DNA of 64,000 nt from Octopus sinensis (lineage: Eukaryota). The position numbers and the translations under genes were made by a program. The stretch lies in NCBI RefSeq assembly GCF_006345805.1, contig NC_042998.1, forward strand, positions 193,192,001 to 193,256,000, in the 5' to 3' direction. Shown here piece after piece: positions 26,073-39,550 of this stretch. Every line of letters starts with the position of its first letter. The stretch's first letter is position 1. The notes beneath the pieces were generated by a model. The model was given only the letters and a program-made list of their open reading frames with translations, was not told the origin of the DNA and made no database searches.

Positions 26073-26682
26073 AGGATTTGATCGAGAACAAATACAAATG
26101 CAAAGACTTTGAAATGCAAAAGTAGAAGATCAAGGAACTCTTCAGTAGAAATCAGAATTGTTTGAATCAACAGAAGTCCATAGAGACATGACAAACGTTT
26201 CTCAAGCTGTACTCTTTATTCTGCGAGGGGAATGACCTATTTCATATCTGTTTCCACACGTACAAGTATTATGTTTTGTAAATAGACGGAGCCTGGGATT
26301 GGTCAGGAAGTTAAGTCATTTTCATAACGACCGCAAATCAATAGGTATACATATGATGCCTGTCAGCAAGACCAGTATTTCCAGAGTGCACGCTATCATA
26401 TTCCTTTTATCTGTGTATGAGATTTATCTATCCACCAATCAACTCAGATTGAGAGAAGTTGCACAATCGTCCTCACTGATATATTTTTATCGGGTAGCAT
26501 TTAGTAAAACCGACAACAGAAACCTATGTTCTGTACTAAGCAAAATAAATCAGCCTTCTCGCTACATTCATCTCTCTTCCTCCTATCATAATTAACCGCA
26601 TATGTACCTTGCTTTTCAGTTTATATAATTTTAGTCCTTACATTATGAGCTAAATAGGGTGTCTCTTTGTGATAATTTAATT

Positions 26683-26855
26683 TCCTAGAAATGGTAGCTA
26701 AATCTCCCAAATCATGCGTTACTGAAGGTGCAAAAAGAGCAACATATGCTGGATTACTTAGTTCTTGACACATCTAAAAACTTGATGGACAAGGCTGAAA
26801 TTCCGTTTAATCATCAGTCTGCTCAATCATGTCTGACCCGGGGCTAGGCAACAAT
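26683..26855 (+). repeat. Old dispersed repeat weakly related to the satellite unit and its right flank
   Basis: ctagaaat..agc.aaatc head, gatggacaaggctgaaattcc and tctgacccggggctaggcaacaata are colinear with the reverse complement of 22500-22720 and with 56768-56890. Confidence 0.4.
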
Positions 26856-27419
26856 ACTAAATAACTATCATTAACACGATTTCATAATTTAAAACCTTTT
26901 AAAACTTACTATTACAATGAAAATCGGCTCCTAAGAACTCAGTCGCTTTTATCATCAGATTTCAATTCTCAGTTAATGCTGTGTGATTGTCTAATCGATC
27001 TCATAACCTGATCAGACCAGATTGACCATCGTTTAAAGTAGCTATAATGAATAATTAATAATAAAAGCTAAACGAGCCAAAATAAAATACCAATGTGTTG
27101 TTTTATATTTCAAGCCAATGTAAATCGATAAGGTTTCCTTGTTACCTTAGCCTGAATAAAATAAACAGTGTTAGGAAAGCTGGAAATGGAGCAGAGATCG
27201 TAGAAAAGTTTGGGGATATGTGGTAGGGGTTGGCTGAATCTATTTTTGATATTGATGAATTATTTATTTAGATAACACTAAAATAACTGATCAGAAGTTC
27301 CAGGGTTCCGTTCACAACACACATGAATACACATGTGCATGAATTATTCGAGTGTATTTTAGATTTTCGTATGATTTCTTAAAAAGTGAAGAATGTATTT
27401 AGGGAAAATATTTGCTCAT

Positions 27420-27514
27420 GTGTATGTATGTATGTATGTATGTATGTATGATTGTATGTATGTATGTATGTATGTATGTATGTATGTATGTATGTATGCA
27501 TGCATGTATGTATG

Positions 27515-27568
<54 letters not shown>

Positions 27569-27600
27569 CAGGCAGACAGATATACATACATATAAGTTCA
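27420..27600. repeat. (TATG)n + (GATA)n compound microsatellite
   Basis: Directly visible. Confidence 0.95.
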
Positions 27601-27641
27601 TACACACATATGGATACACACACAACACGCATATATATATA

Positions 27642-27980
27642 CAGTGGTTGGACAAAATAATGGAAACACCTAAACATTTGAAACAAATTTATTTTAATGT
27701 GGGGTAGGACTGCTTTTGGCAGTAATTACAGCTTGAATACTACGAGGTATGGACTCGTACAAAGTTTCAATTGTTTCCAAAGGATTTTTGTCCATTCTTC
27801 AGCTAAAACAGCCTCCAGTTCTTGTAGTCGTGATGGTGGAGGATATCGACTCCTTACTTGTTTTTCTAAAATGTCCCATAAATGTTCAATAATATTGAGA
27901 CCTGGGGACTGTGGTGGCCAGATAAGTTGTTCAACTCCACTAGAATGTTTATTGTGTCATTCAGTAACAATTTTATACCT
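27642..27980 (-). mobile_element. Tc1-family transposon 3' end fragment
   Basis: TA|CAGTGGTTGGACAAAATAATGGAAACACC terminus. Minus strand encodes [39 protein letters not shown]...IQAVITAK. Confidence 0.85.
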
Positions 27981-28038
27981 AAGTTTTATCTAAGTTATAT
28001 ATATATATGTGTGTCTGTGTATATATATGTATATATAT

Positions 28039-28157
<119 letters not shown>

Positions 28158-28249
28158 GTATATATATATATGTATATATCAATATACGTATATATTTGTA
28201 TATATATATATGTATATATATGTGTATATATATATATATATATATAGGT

Positions 28250-28930
28250 ATGTCAGGTCACTTTCGAGTACTACTGGTAACATGTAACCCAGTACAACCC
28301 GTCGCATGGTCGGGTCGTCGTCGACTAAACCGGCAACCCGACCAAGCTTGCTTGGTGGGGAGGGTGTTTACTGGACACCCTGCGGGATGAAAAACAAACC
28401 CGTCAAAGGGCGGATGAACTCTTGAGAGTCAACGGCCATCCAATTTATGTGTAATTATATATTTACTGTATATCTCCCTTTTTCTCACTAATTTTATATA
28501 TTGTATATTTTTATAGCTTGCTCATTATATATATTTTTATATACTTCACATCGTATATTTTATGTATATTTTGTATATCAATATTTTTATATATCATATG
28601 TTTTTTTTTCCTTATATCTATCTTATCCAGCTTATTGTTGTATCATGCGCGTGGACACAGAAATAATCGGACTGAATACCCGATCATGCGGTTAAACGCT
28701 TATGTGTGAAGGACCCCTAGTCTTTATTAGGGCATCCTTCTAGGAGAAGGTAACTCAGGTAACTGGGATAACTCCGACATAAAATCTGCGGCTCAGTGGT
28801 TACCGATGATGTTGACTTGTTCTTCTTTTCAGATTATGGCTGCTGTTGCTTAGTGAGTGGGATTGACTCAGTGCACGGCTTTTCCTCACTTAAACAAATG
28901 TCTTCTTGCACAGGCATTGCACGATAACAA
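28250..28930 (+). mobile_element. Second copy of the 12845 element, with a ~190-bp AT-rich insertion and no RTE tail
   Basis: Colinear with 12845-13344; insertion at about 28445-28635; ends at acgataacaa followed by (ATTG)n. Confidence 0.85.
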
Positions 28931-29019
28931 CATTGATTGATTGATTTATTGATTGATTAAATTGATTAACTAATTCATGATTGTTGATAGTAATTCATGA
29001 CTGTTGATAGTGTTGTGAG

Positions 29020-29955
29020 TGTCAACCGAATGGCTGGCTGTAGCCTTAAAATGCAAATAATCAATGATGTACCAAAGCTGTATAAAATAAATGACAGTAA
29101 GGACTCTGGAACCACATCAGATGAAAGAGTCTGGCCCGGCTGGGGCTCCAGAACATCACAGTCTGAACCGGGCCGTCATCATGCTACTGTGATAGAACCA
29201 AATAAAATATTGAATATTGGCTGTTGGAATGTACGGACGCTGCTTGACCGTGAGTCCTCTGAATGTCCTGAACGAAGGACTGCGCTTGTTGCGAAGAGAT
29301 TCGACACTATGATCTTGACATCGTTGCTTTATCTGAGATGAGATTAGCTGGAGATGGTTATCTTACAGAATCTTGTGGAAAATATACATTCTTATGGAAA
29401 GGGAGGGATGAAGAGTTTAGAGGAGAGGCTGGAGTGGCATTTGCTGTTAAGACTACTCTTGTGGACAAGTCGGAAGAATTCCCAGTCGGGATTAACGAGC
29501 GTCTTATGTCCATGAGAATTCCTTTGGCTAAAGGAAATTAAGTGACCTTGGTGAGTGTGTATGCTCCAACTATTTGCTATACTGATGACGAAAAGGTTTC
29601 TTTCTACCATGCGTTGAAGGGCATTATAAGAAATATCCTTCGGGCAGACAAAGTTACCGTACTAGGTGACTTTAATGCTAAAGTGGGTAGAGATTTCAAA
29701 ACATGGACTGTAATTGGAAAGCATAGGGTGGGGAAGTGTAATAGTAATGGCATGCTTCTGCTGCAGATGTGTGAGGAGCTGTGTCTGTGTGTTACCAATA
29801 CCATGTTTCAACAAAATAATAAATTTAAGACTACATGGATGCACCCTGCATCTAAAGAATGGCATACTTTGGATTACTTCCTTGTTAGGGTGCGTGACAG
29901 ACGAGATGTGCAGTGTGTTCGTGTTCTTCGTGGCGCTGAGTGTTGGACTGACCAC
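29020..29955 (+). pseudogene. RTE-clade LINE apurinic-like endonuclease domain, disrupted and 3'-truncated
   Basis: NIGCWNVRTLLD, ERRTALVA, YTFLWKG, GVAFAVK, LVSVYAPT, VLGDFNAKVG, NSNGMLLL, TTWMHP, TLDYFLV, CWTDH. One frameshift near 29320 and a stop at 29539-29541. Confidence 0.92.
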
Positions 29956-29977
29956 TTATATATATATACATATATAT

Positions 29978-30120
29978 CCCTTCTTTGGATCTTTCGTTTT
30001 CCTATGTTTCTGACGAAGGGCTCCGCTCGAAACGTAAAACCATCCTTCTTCACTGAGCGTCCAATAACATTATACTTGCTCCACGTCCTCGCGTTGTTGT
30101 GTTTTCATGTTTGGATTAAC
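29978..30120 (+). mobile_element. Short hammerhead-bearing dispersed repeat between (TA)n tracts
   Basis: Paralogue of 4207-4410. Confidence 0.7.
30006..30040 (+). ncRNA. Minimal type I hammerhead ribozyme motif with intact core
   Basis: gttt-CTGACGA-A-GGGC(tcc)GCTC-GAAAC-GTA-aaac: stem I gttt/aaac, stem II GGGC/GCTC, palindromic ACGT stem III, GUA cleavage triplet. Confidence 0.75.
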
Positions 30121-30132
30121 TATATATATATA

Positions 30133-30545
30133 TATGGAATGGAAGCACTCCGTCGGTTACGACGACGAGGGTTCCGGTTGATCCGAATCAACGGAACAGC
30201 CTGCTCGTGAAATTAACGTAGTTCTCGGGGGGAGGCGCAATGGCCCAGTGGTTAGGGCAGCGGACTCGCAGTAGTAGAATCGCAGTTTCGATTCCCAGAC
30301 CGGGTATTGTTAGAGTTTATTGACCCAAAATATCTAAAGCTCCGCGGGGCACCGGCAAGGAGTGGTGGGGAACCTTGCTGTACACTTTCACTACATCTGT
30401 CTCTCACTGTTTGTTCCTGTTTCTGACGTACTTGTATTTCAAAGGGCCAGCCTTGTCACACTCTGTGGCACGCAGAACAACATTAAGGGTACACGTGTCT
30501 GTGGAATGCTCACCCACTTGCACGTTCATTTCATGAGCAGGCTTT
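30133..30545. mobile_element. Rearranged SINE B/T1: internally deleted inverted tail (30133-30230) abutting a forward copy (30233-30545)
   Basis: Tail T1 on minus with a deletion between two ttaacgt motifs, then head ggaggcgcaatggcccagtgg on plus. Confidence 0.75.
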
Positions 30546-30872
30546 TCGCAACCGGAAAATAAATAACATAGAGCAATCGCGCCAATGTAGTTACCCAGGA
30601 AGGCTATGTCTATTTGAAATGAATATATTATGTGTGTGTGCATGTGTGGATGTTATGTAAGTATATATAAGTATGCATACCTATTTGTATATATATATAT
30701 ATATATATATAATTTGTATGTATGTATATATATATATATTGATATATATATATAATAATATATAATATATATATAAGTATATATATATATACTATATATA
30801 TAATATATATATATTAATATATATATATATAAATAAAGATATAAATATATATATAAGTATATATATATATAC

Positions 30873-30904
<32 letters not shown>

Positions 30905-30907
30905 AGT

Positions 30908-30975
<68 letters not shown>

Positions 30976-31154
30976 ATATATATATACGTAGATATATATA
31001 AACATATATGGTAGTATATTGTCAGCTTAATGTGACAGTCCCATGGAAGGGAATAATACTACTACTATTTAGCCCTAGGAAGCACGGTTTCCTCTCGGCC
31101 TTGACACATTTCCCGTACACGAAAGGGGGAGATAAGAACTTCCACCCAGCAAAG

Positions 31155-31195
31155 CCAGCGTCTAGTTTCTGTGTCATTGCTCGTCATCAGTCTGG
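31155..31195 (-). ncRNA. Degenerate type I hammerhead motif (repeat unit 1)
   Basis: ccaga-CTGATGA-cgagcaatgacaca-GAAAC-TA-GAC-gctgg; cleavage triplet mutated and stem II decayed. Confidence 0.45.
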
Positions 31196-31503
31196 AGTAG
31201 TTTGACTCTTTAGGTGTCGTTGCCTATCTGCCTCTGTAAACATATAATAATTCAAGTGCAATACATTCACTGATTTCGAAAATAGCGATATCACTTTTCT
31301 AAATCTCTCAGAGAGATTTATACAGTAGTAACACGACAAAGTGGTGGTATGTTGTCAACTAAATGTGACAGTCTCATGAAAGAGAATAATACTGCTTCTA
31401 TTTAGCCCTAGGAAGCACCGCTTCCTGTCGGCCTTGACACATTTCCTGTACCCTTATGTTTAGAAAGGGCGTGATAAGCACCTCCATTCATCAAAGCCAG
31501 CAA

Positions 31504-31544
31504 CCAGAGACTAGTTTCTGAGTTATTGCTCGTCATCAGTCTGG
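31504..31544 (-). ncRNA. Type I hammerhead motif (repeat unit 2)
   Basis: ccaga-CTGATGA-c-GAG(caataa)CTC-a-GAAAC-TA-GTC-tctgg: 5-bp stem I, palindromic ACTAGT stem III, GUC triplet; C.A mismatch at the base of stem II. Confidence 0.7.
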
Positions 31545-33139
31545 AGTTGCATGACTTGCTAGCTGTCGATGCCTATCTGCCTCTGTAAACATACAATAAT
31601 TCAAGGTTCGTCTGCCAAAGGTGTGTTTGATTGAAGATATGAGACGAGTTGCTTTCATTAGGAGTTTGTTAGATCATCTGACGGTGATGTTTGGATAATA
31701 ATTTGGTTTGGCAGTAGGCAAAGAATCAAGAGTTTTGGTGTACTAATCAGAAAGCCAACTAATTGAGGACACTGATAGGTACTGATTTACCTCTGTGACA
31801 GTGTTATCGATGTATGGGCAGTTGTTTCTGTTGGAGTCAGCTTGGGTAATGGTGCCAGAATTTCACTATACAGGACGAGGGAGAGAGTCAAATAACTGCA
31901 GGTTGTTGGAGTTCAGAAAGTAAGGGACAAATAAATGAGTCTAAAGAAATTGAGAAGTGTGAATGTCAATCAGGAAACTGCAACCAATTTTGATATCCAA
32001 GTATAAAAATTGAATGTTGAGAGCTAACTGCCAAGGAGAGAGGATGTATATACTGGCGGGATCTGAAATAGAGAGTGTAAAGCGGACAATATTCATGGTC
32101 TAGAAATAATGGTTGAAATGTTGATTTCTCATACAGAAAAATATATGGGGTGTGCATAAGAAGATTAAGACCAAATTTTGATAGAATTGTTGTAGCAGAC
32201 AGAGAATTGTCCAGTGGATTGTTTCTCGATTTATAATCACACTATTATGTTTTCATATCTATAAATTATAGCAAATCTTTACAAAAATATTAGTTTCCTC
32301 TGAAGAGAATTAACTTTCAGTTTAGATTACATATGAAATATAAGAAAACCGTGAAAATACTCCATATTTCGTGACATAAAGATTACTTGATATGTTCATA
32401 TATAATTTGGTTTAAATATAAGATAACACTATCAAAACAGTATTGCAAGACTTGTCTGTATATTCTTTAATAAGACTATTTGATAGCAAGACAGGATATT
32501 AAAGTCCGTGTAATCATCATGTTTCTGTTCAAAATGAAGATATCCCTCGTGAATTAACATTGTAAATGGACAAATATTTGTATCAAAATGATAAAACATA
32601 CGATCTTTCGAATTCAATATGACCTTTCGATCAAATTCTAACCTCAAGTGTTCTCTTCCATAATATAATAGTGCAATGTCAACTAAAACCACATCTTGTA
32701 TATCGATAAAACCGTGGAATGTTCCTCATTGGATAATAATATTTAGTAAGTAGATATATGATATGGCACCTGTATGTGCAGAAATACAAACAATAAAAGT
32801 AATGATTTGATAAATTATACAATCAGAAGATAACAACGGGAAATTTCGATAAATAACTAATAAGGTTTCGGTTTAATGGCAGTTAAAATCAATATTGAGA
32901 ACCTGTCATCGTATGGCAAATTGCGACAAATACGGCAACATGAAACTGCTTCAGATATATCTGATAAAATATATGTTTAATAGGCTTTTTCTTATTTCAT
33001 GAAACACATTTCTTCAGATTGTTTGTATAGCAGAAAAATAACTTCAAAGCACTCAAAGGACGACCAACTGAAGCGATAAAAGAGCGATGCAGTTAAAATG
33101 AATTATATCGGATGTATTACTTCGGCTGTGTACGTATAT

Positions 33140-33176
33140 TTTTATAAATGTGTATATATATATATATATGTATGTG

Positions 33177-33209
<33 letters not shown>

Positions 33210-33944
33210 ATATATATGTATATGTATATATATGTGTGTGTACATATATAGGTGTATATATATGTGTGTATGTATATATATGTGTATAAATATATGCGTA
33301 TATATATGTGTGTGTAGATATATATATATGTATATATATGTGTATGTATATATACGTATATATACATATATACATATGTATATACGTATATATACATATA
33401 TATACATATATACATATGTATATACGTATATATACATATATACATATGTGTGTGTGTCTAATGTATGCATATAATATGAATGCATATATGAATGTATATA
33501 TACGTGTATATAGATAAATATATGTATATATGTGTGTATATATATGTGTATATATGTGTATGTATATGTACATATATACATGTGTATATAGATATATTTA
33601 TGTGTATATATATGTGTATATATATAGGTGTGTATATATAATGTGTACATGTGTGTGTCTATATGTGGTAGATATATATGTATATATATATAATTGTATA
33701 TAATGATATGCGTATATGTATAAGCGCGTATATATATGTATATGTATTTGTATATTTATGTGTATATATATATGTATATATATATATATGTGTGTGTGTA
33801 TATATATATATATGTTTATATGTATGTATATACACACATGTGAATATATATATGTATATATATGTATGTATGTACCTATATATGGATATATATAGTATAT
33901 ATATACGTATATGTATACATATACATGTATATATATGTATATAG

Positions 33945-33988
<44 letters not shown>

Positions 33989-34170
33989 CTATATATATAC
34001 ATATATATACATATATATATCATATATATTGTATATATATATATATATTATATATATACATATATTTGCATATATATATTTTCTTATACTTATATATATA
34101 TTTATACATATATATATGTATATATATATATTTACATATATATACATATATTTATATATACTTATATATA

Positions 34171-34208
<38 letters not shown>

Positions 34209-34520
34209 TTATCTATATATGTATATATATATATATTATATATATATACATTATATATATACATATATATATATAATATATTTATATATGTGTGTGTGTG
34301 TTTTTATATATATATATATATAGATATTTATTACATATTTATATATATGATAATTCATATACATATACATATATATATATAAATATTCAATACATATACA
34401 TATATATATATATATTCATACGTATATATCTATCCATCTCTCTCTCTCTCTCTTTCTCGTACTATCTATAGATATAATATATATATAGATATATATATAT
34501 ATATTATATATATATATCAC
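33140..34520. repeat. ~1.4-kb degenerate (TA)n/(TATG)n/(TG)n tract
   Basis: Directly visible; source of many spurious Y/I/C-rich ORFs. Confidence 0.95.
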
Positions 34521-35175
34521 ACACAAATATATAATTTCTTAACTTTAGGTCATTTTTTTCTTAATTAAAAAATATTTTTTCTGATTTTTTTTTTCACTTC
34601 AGTGAATTTCTATATGAACCTCATTCTCCAAATTCATATTTTCTAACTCATTTTCAATGTTTCGGTAAACCATTACGGCGTCTTGTTTCTGATTTCATCA
34701 CATTAATTCTTTCTTCTCCATTATAATTTCCACTTCAATGCCTATTTCCATTATACTTTTTTTCCCGTCTACTTCTACATCCTTCCTTTCGCTTACAATT
34801 TTATTTTTATCACAATATCTTTGATTCACTAAATAGATCTCCATTTTGTGACGGGGGTTGTTTTACAGAGGAAAAAAAATATGGGCACCCTCTCTGATTT
34901 TCCTATGTATCGACACTGATAGTAGTAAGACAGAAAAAAAGTTGATATGGTAATTCTTATATGCAGTGCCGTCTTCTTAGCCATGCAGAAAATCAAAGAC
35001 ATAAATTCTATGACAAAAATCAGAAATGTCACTAAAATATTTATTTTAACCACGTTAAAGGAGATAATATTTGATAAATGACTGATTCAAGAATTACGGA
35101 TTAGAAGTATATAATACACACATGCGCATGTATACACAAAATAAAATACATAATATATATAAGTATAGGCATATA

Positions 35176-35233
<58 letters not shown>

Positions 35234-35439
35234 GTATAGATATAGAGGTTATGAGAGATAATGGTGTCATTAAGATCCAAGGGTGTCAGGTAATGCTGCG
35301 TAAGTTGATTTTTTATTACCCACAAGGGGCCATACACAGAATGGGACAATACAAGCAATACAAACATAAACTCGGGGAACTTAAAATACAAAAAGATGAA
35401 TGAAGGCGAAAAAATTAAAGAAAATAAATGAAAATATGA

Positions 35440-36190
35440 AAAGATATAAAGGAGTCGCAATGCCCACTCGAGCCCCGAAATCGAGTGCTTACATTCGGAC
35501 AATTTATTTTTTTTCCTTTTTCATAATTGAATTTCACAAAAATTATAATTGAATTTGTCTTTTTAGTCTTTCATAGTCCATTATGGTAGGCGGGCGTTCA
35601 TGTAGCCGACACCATTTAACCAGTTTTATGTTCTTTGCGAAGCCCTCCATGAATTTGTCGTAACTTTCCTCAGGTACCAAAATACCGCCATCATTTGAGT
35701 CAAAAGTGTCTCCCGACAGCCTTACTTTTACCAGTCCCTTCATTTTCGCTATTCTTCTCTCTGTGTCCGGTGTTGTTTTTGTTTGTTATAAATGCTCCCT
35801 TAAATTATACGGTTCATTTTCTGTTTCTTCCTCTTGCCTTTTCTCAGTTTCAAATTTCTCCTTATATTTTTTGTTTTTTTCTTCTGGGTGTTCCCTTGCC
35901 TTCGATCTCTTTCTTCTTTTGGGGGCTAATTACTCCCTCGCTCTCCTCCTTTGATTCTTTCATTTCACTTTTCTTGTTGTCTTTATCTTTCTGAGTACAG
36001 TCCTTGTCTAATTTTTATGCTTCTGTTTGTACTTTCACCTGCATCAGTTCTTTCTTTTGTTCCTTTTCCACTGCCTCTTCGCTTTGTGTGAATTCATATA
36101 AGACACACTCGGTCCTTATGTGTCCTCGTACTCCGCATAGATAGCAATTAGGTCTCCTTCCCTCCGCTACAACATTTAGCATTTAGGTAA
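35440..36190 (-). mobile_element. Relic of a gag-like / LINE ORF1 with CCHC zinc knuckle
   Basis: Minus strand LNVVAEGRRPNCYLCGVRGHIRTEC (Cx2Cx4Hx4C at 36105-36146), followed by K/E-rich low-complexity coding with stops. Confidence 0.6.
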
Positions 36191-36283
36191 TGCTGAGTAA
36201 GTGCTATGGATAGACCATATTTAAGCTCAAGGCTCGGTGATTATGCAAATAAGGAGTCCAACGTAGGTCATATATTAGCATTT

Positions 36284-36510
36284 AGGCGGCGAGCTGGCAG
36301 AAACGTTAGCCGGGCGACCTGCGTAACCGTATTTCGTCTGTCGTTACGTTCCGAGTTCAAATTCCGCCGAGGTCGACTTTGCCTTTCATCCTTTCGGGGT
36401 CGATAAATTAAGTAGCAGTTACGCACTGGGGTCGATGTAATCGACTTAATCCGTTTGTCTCTCCTTGCTTGTCCCCTCTGTGTTTAGCCCCTTGTGGGTA
36501 GTAAAGAAAT
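36284..36510 (+). mobile_element. SINE family A with 14-bp TSD
   Basis: TSD atatattagcattt at 36270-36283 and 36511-36524. Confidence 0.9.
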
Positions 36511-36598
36511 ATATATTAGCATTTGTATAAAAATTATTTTTTCAGAATGAGATAAATAGCCAAGGCTGTGAAAATGTTAGAACATTTATAAATAGAAG

Positions 36599-36646
36599 GT
36601 CTTACAGCTGTTTCCAGGATATTTATTATATCCCTTCATCGGAGAC
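36599..36646 (-). ncRNA. Degenerate type I hammerhead motif
   Basis: gtct-CCGATGA-A-GGGATA(taataaa)TATCCT-g-GAAAC-AGCT-GTA-agac: stem I gtct/agac, palindromic ACAGCTGT stem III; U4>C and an extra G. Confidence 0.55.
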
Positions 36647-36859
36647 GATGTGAGAAAATGATTAAGCAATAGTTAATTTAGATGAGATACGAAATAGAGA
36701 GTGAAGTGGAAGAATGAAAATAGATGTGAGATATTCAGAGATATTGCATTTGTAGATCCATTATTTAGGCAGAATGGTATACATATAAGATTCCAATACC
36801 TTGTGAGTAAAATCCAATAGTATTTAAAATTGGTCATTCCACTTTAAATAAAAACCTTG

Positions 36860-37253
36860 ATTCAATAGCACTGTGTACAAACTTGGAATGGAAAACTTCT
36901 ATTCCGAGGGCCCAGCTCGTCCAGGACGAGAATCTGTTGATTCTTTTCCTTAGCTTTTGAATTGCACTATAATTCTATTAACAGTAGCAAGAGGAATTTG
37001 AAGATTTTCGGCAATTTTTTGCTTGCTAAGACCAGCCTCAGAAAGCCCAACAATACGACCTCTTTGAAAGTCTGTGAGTTTTGCTGAATTTTTTGTGCGT
37101 GGCATGATTACTCTTCGCAAATGTTTAATATAATGGCACCTGGAAGGAAAATGAATAATTACATTGTAAATTCTACATCGCTGAAAATATTAAGACGCTT
37201 AGATCAGAAATTTTGAAAATTAAAGGTGTCTATTTACTTCCTGCATGTCTGTG
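36860..37253 (-). mobile_element. Tc1-family transposon 5' end fragment (paired-like HTH)
   Basis: ATG at 37105: [62 protein letters not shown]; terminus TA|CACAGACATGCAGGAAGTAAATAGACACC. Confidence 0.8.
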
Positions 37254-38489
37254 TATATATGTATTCCGCTTTTCCTAGTTCAGTTTAAATCGCCTTAAAT
37301 GCCACTGTAATTTAGTTCTACTTGGTTCTTTATCTAAATCCCTGTGGTGTAATAAGCTTATAACTACCTATATTTAATGCCAGTTGCATCAAACTATGAT
37401 TTGAATAATCTTAAAAAATATTCTATAAATAACCGACTTTGCAAAATTTATTTTAATTTCCAAGTGAGTAATCTCCTATGCATTATGAATGTACTAACAG
37501 AAGCTCAACTACTTTGTTAGGAATAGGATGTGGATGGGAATATACATGGCACACACTCATGAGTGTTTCATGTACTTCAGATATTCGTTAGCATGACGTC
37601 ATTCCATACTAATTAACCTTTAATCAATAGTAAACATCGTGTTTTATTTCTAGCCAACGCCACGTGATAATGAAATCAGTAGTTTTAATTCGCCAACCCC
37701 CACCACGCTAGCAGTAATCTACAGATGTACTTATATCAAAGATAAATACTTTTAAAGAGGTCGAGTTTCGTTGAAATATCTTTGTAACAGCTAATCATTC
37801 AATGAAGATATTCTGCGCTCGATTATTTTGCTGTGTACACTACATAAACAGATGTTTCGATAGGGTGAAATTATCTTGCTAGTCGGTGAACGATTTTAAA
37901 TATAGCGTAGTCTTGTCTGGGAAATCATAACTAGTCAATGAATAGGATATAATCTTAACAACATACTATGTTACTAAGTGCATTAAATCAACTAAGAAAC
38001 AGAGGAAATGAGTGAAAACAGAACGTGATCGCGATATAGATAGCTTTAAATACAATACTTTAGATCAATCAGCCGAAAAGCTTTCAATGCATGCTATAAG
38101 AGAATAATATAACCATTGCTGATGTTTGATATTGTAATAGATATTTATATGAATTGTTTGAGGCTAAACTGAAGTGACACTGGAGAACCGAATTCTTTGT
38201 CTAACATCCTTTTATTTTCCGAGATGGTATAAAGCATTTACCGTATCAAGGTTAGTGTGAGAGATGCAGCTAACAATTAACTGAAGTAGTGCGTAAAAGC
38301 ACTTACATGGCATGTTTTTGTTGAATGAGAACTCGGCCTAGTGTTCTATATAAGGTAAATCGTTTGTATTAGTTGAAAACTTTTCTTCTACCCAATGTGC
38401 AGGTCATTAAAATATTTAAGAATTATAGAATAGCTCAGACCATTTGATTTAGAATTTGCTGTTGCTAAGCGTTTTTAAAGAAGTTGTTC

Positions 38490-38825
<336 letters not shown>

Positions 38826-39199
38826 GATCCAGGAAGGTAGACCTCAAGCGCTGTAGTATAATCCAAACTCTGGATAACCGTATCGAATGATATGGAATAA
38901 CCTGGGATTATTTATGGTGAAGAATCCCAACGTATTTCACTTGATGGATAAATCCTGAGTTCGTTTCAAATTTTAATAGTAGCAACACATTAAATAAAAC
39001 TGCATACGTTTTTAACCAGAATGAAATCTGGATTCAGCTGAAGCGACAGGATACAAGTAAATGCCAAATAGCAAGATATCCTAGCAGCAGAAACATACGT
39101 TGGCCAGAGGTTCAAGAAAAAAATATACCATATAAATGACTGTAATAAAAGAAAGTACGTTGATATATAATTATCCTTATTTGAATAGTCTTGCAGATA

Positions 39200-39226
39200 T
39201 GTGTGTGGAGGGATGTGTGTGTCTGC

Positions 39227-39277
<51 letters not shown>

Positions 39278-39305
39278 ATATATACATTAAATATAAAAGA
39301 TATAT

Positions 39306-39342
<37 letters not shown>

Positions 39343-39429
39343 GCGTGCATATACATATATATATATGCAATGTATATATATATATATATGCGTGCATATA
39401 CATATATATATATGCAATGTATATGTATG

Positions 39430-39465
<36 letters not shown>

Positions 39466-39550
39466 CATACATACATGTATACATACATACATACATACAT
39501 ACATACATACATACATACATGCATACATACATATATATATATATATAAAC
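39200..39550. repeat. (TA)n/(CATA)n tract with a short internal duplication
   Basis: atgcgtgcatatacatatatatatatgcaatgtata occurs twice. Confidence 0.9.

Larger units (their letters stand above)
31009..31605 (-). repeat. Two diverged direct repeats (~250-265 bp), each carrying a hammerhead motif
   Basis: 31009-31256 and 31342-31605 are colinear (tgtgacagtc, atttagccctaggaagcac, ggccttgacacatttcc, tgctcgtcatcagtctggag, gcctatctgcctctgtaaacata, aattcaag). Confidence 0.85.

Noticed and set aside
29582-29595. CTGATGACGAAA hammerhead-like core
   Set aside because: It lies in the RTE coding frame (TDDEK) and has no stem II.
32432-32720. 86-aa minus-strand ORF preceded by GTFHGF
   Set aside because: No recognisable domain and no usable splice signals in frame; expected by chance.
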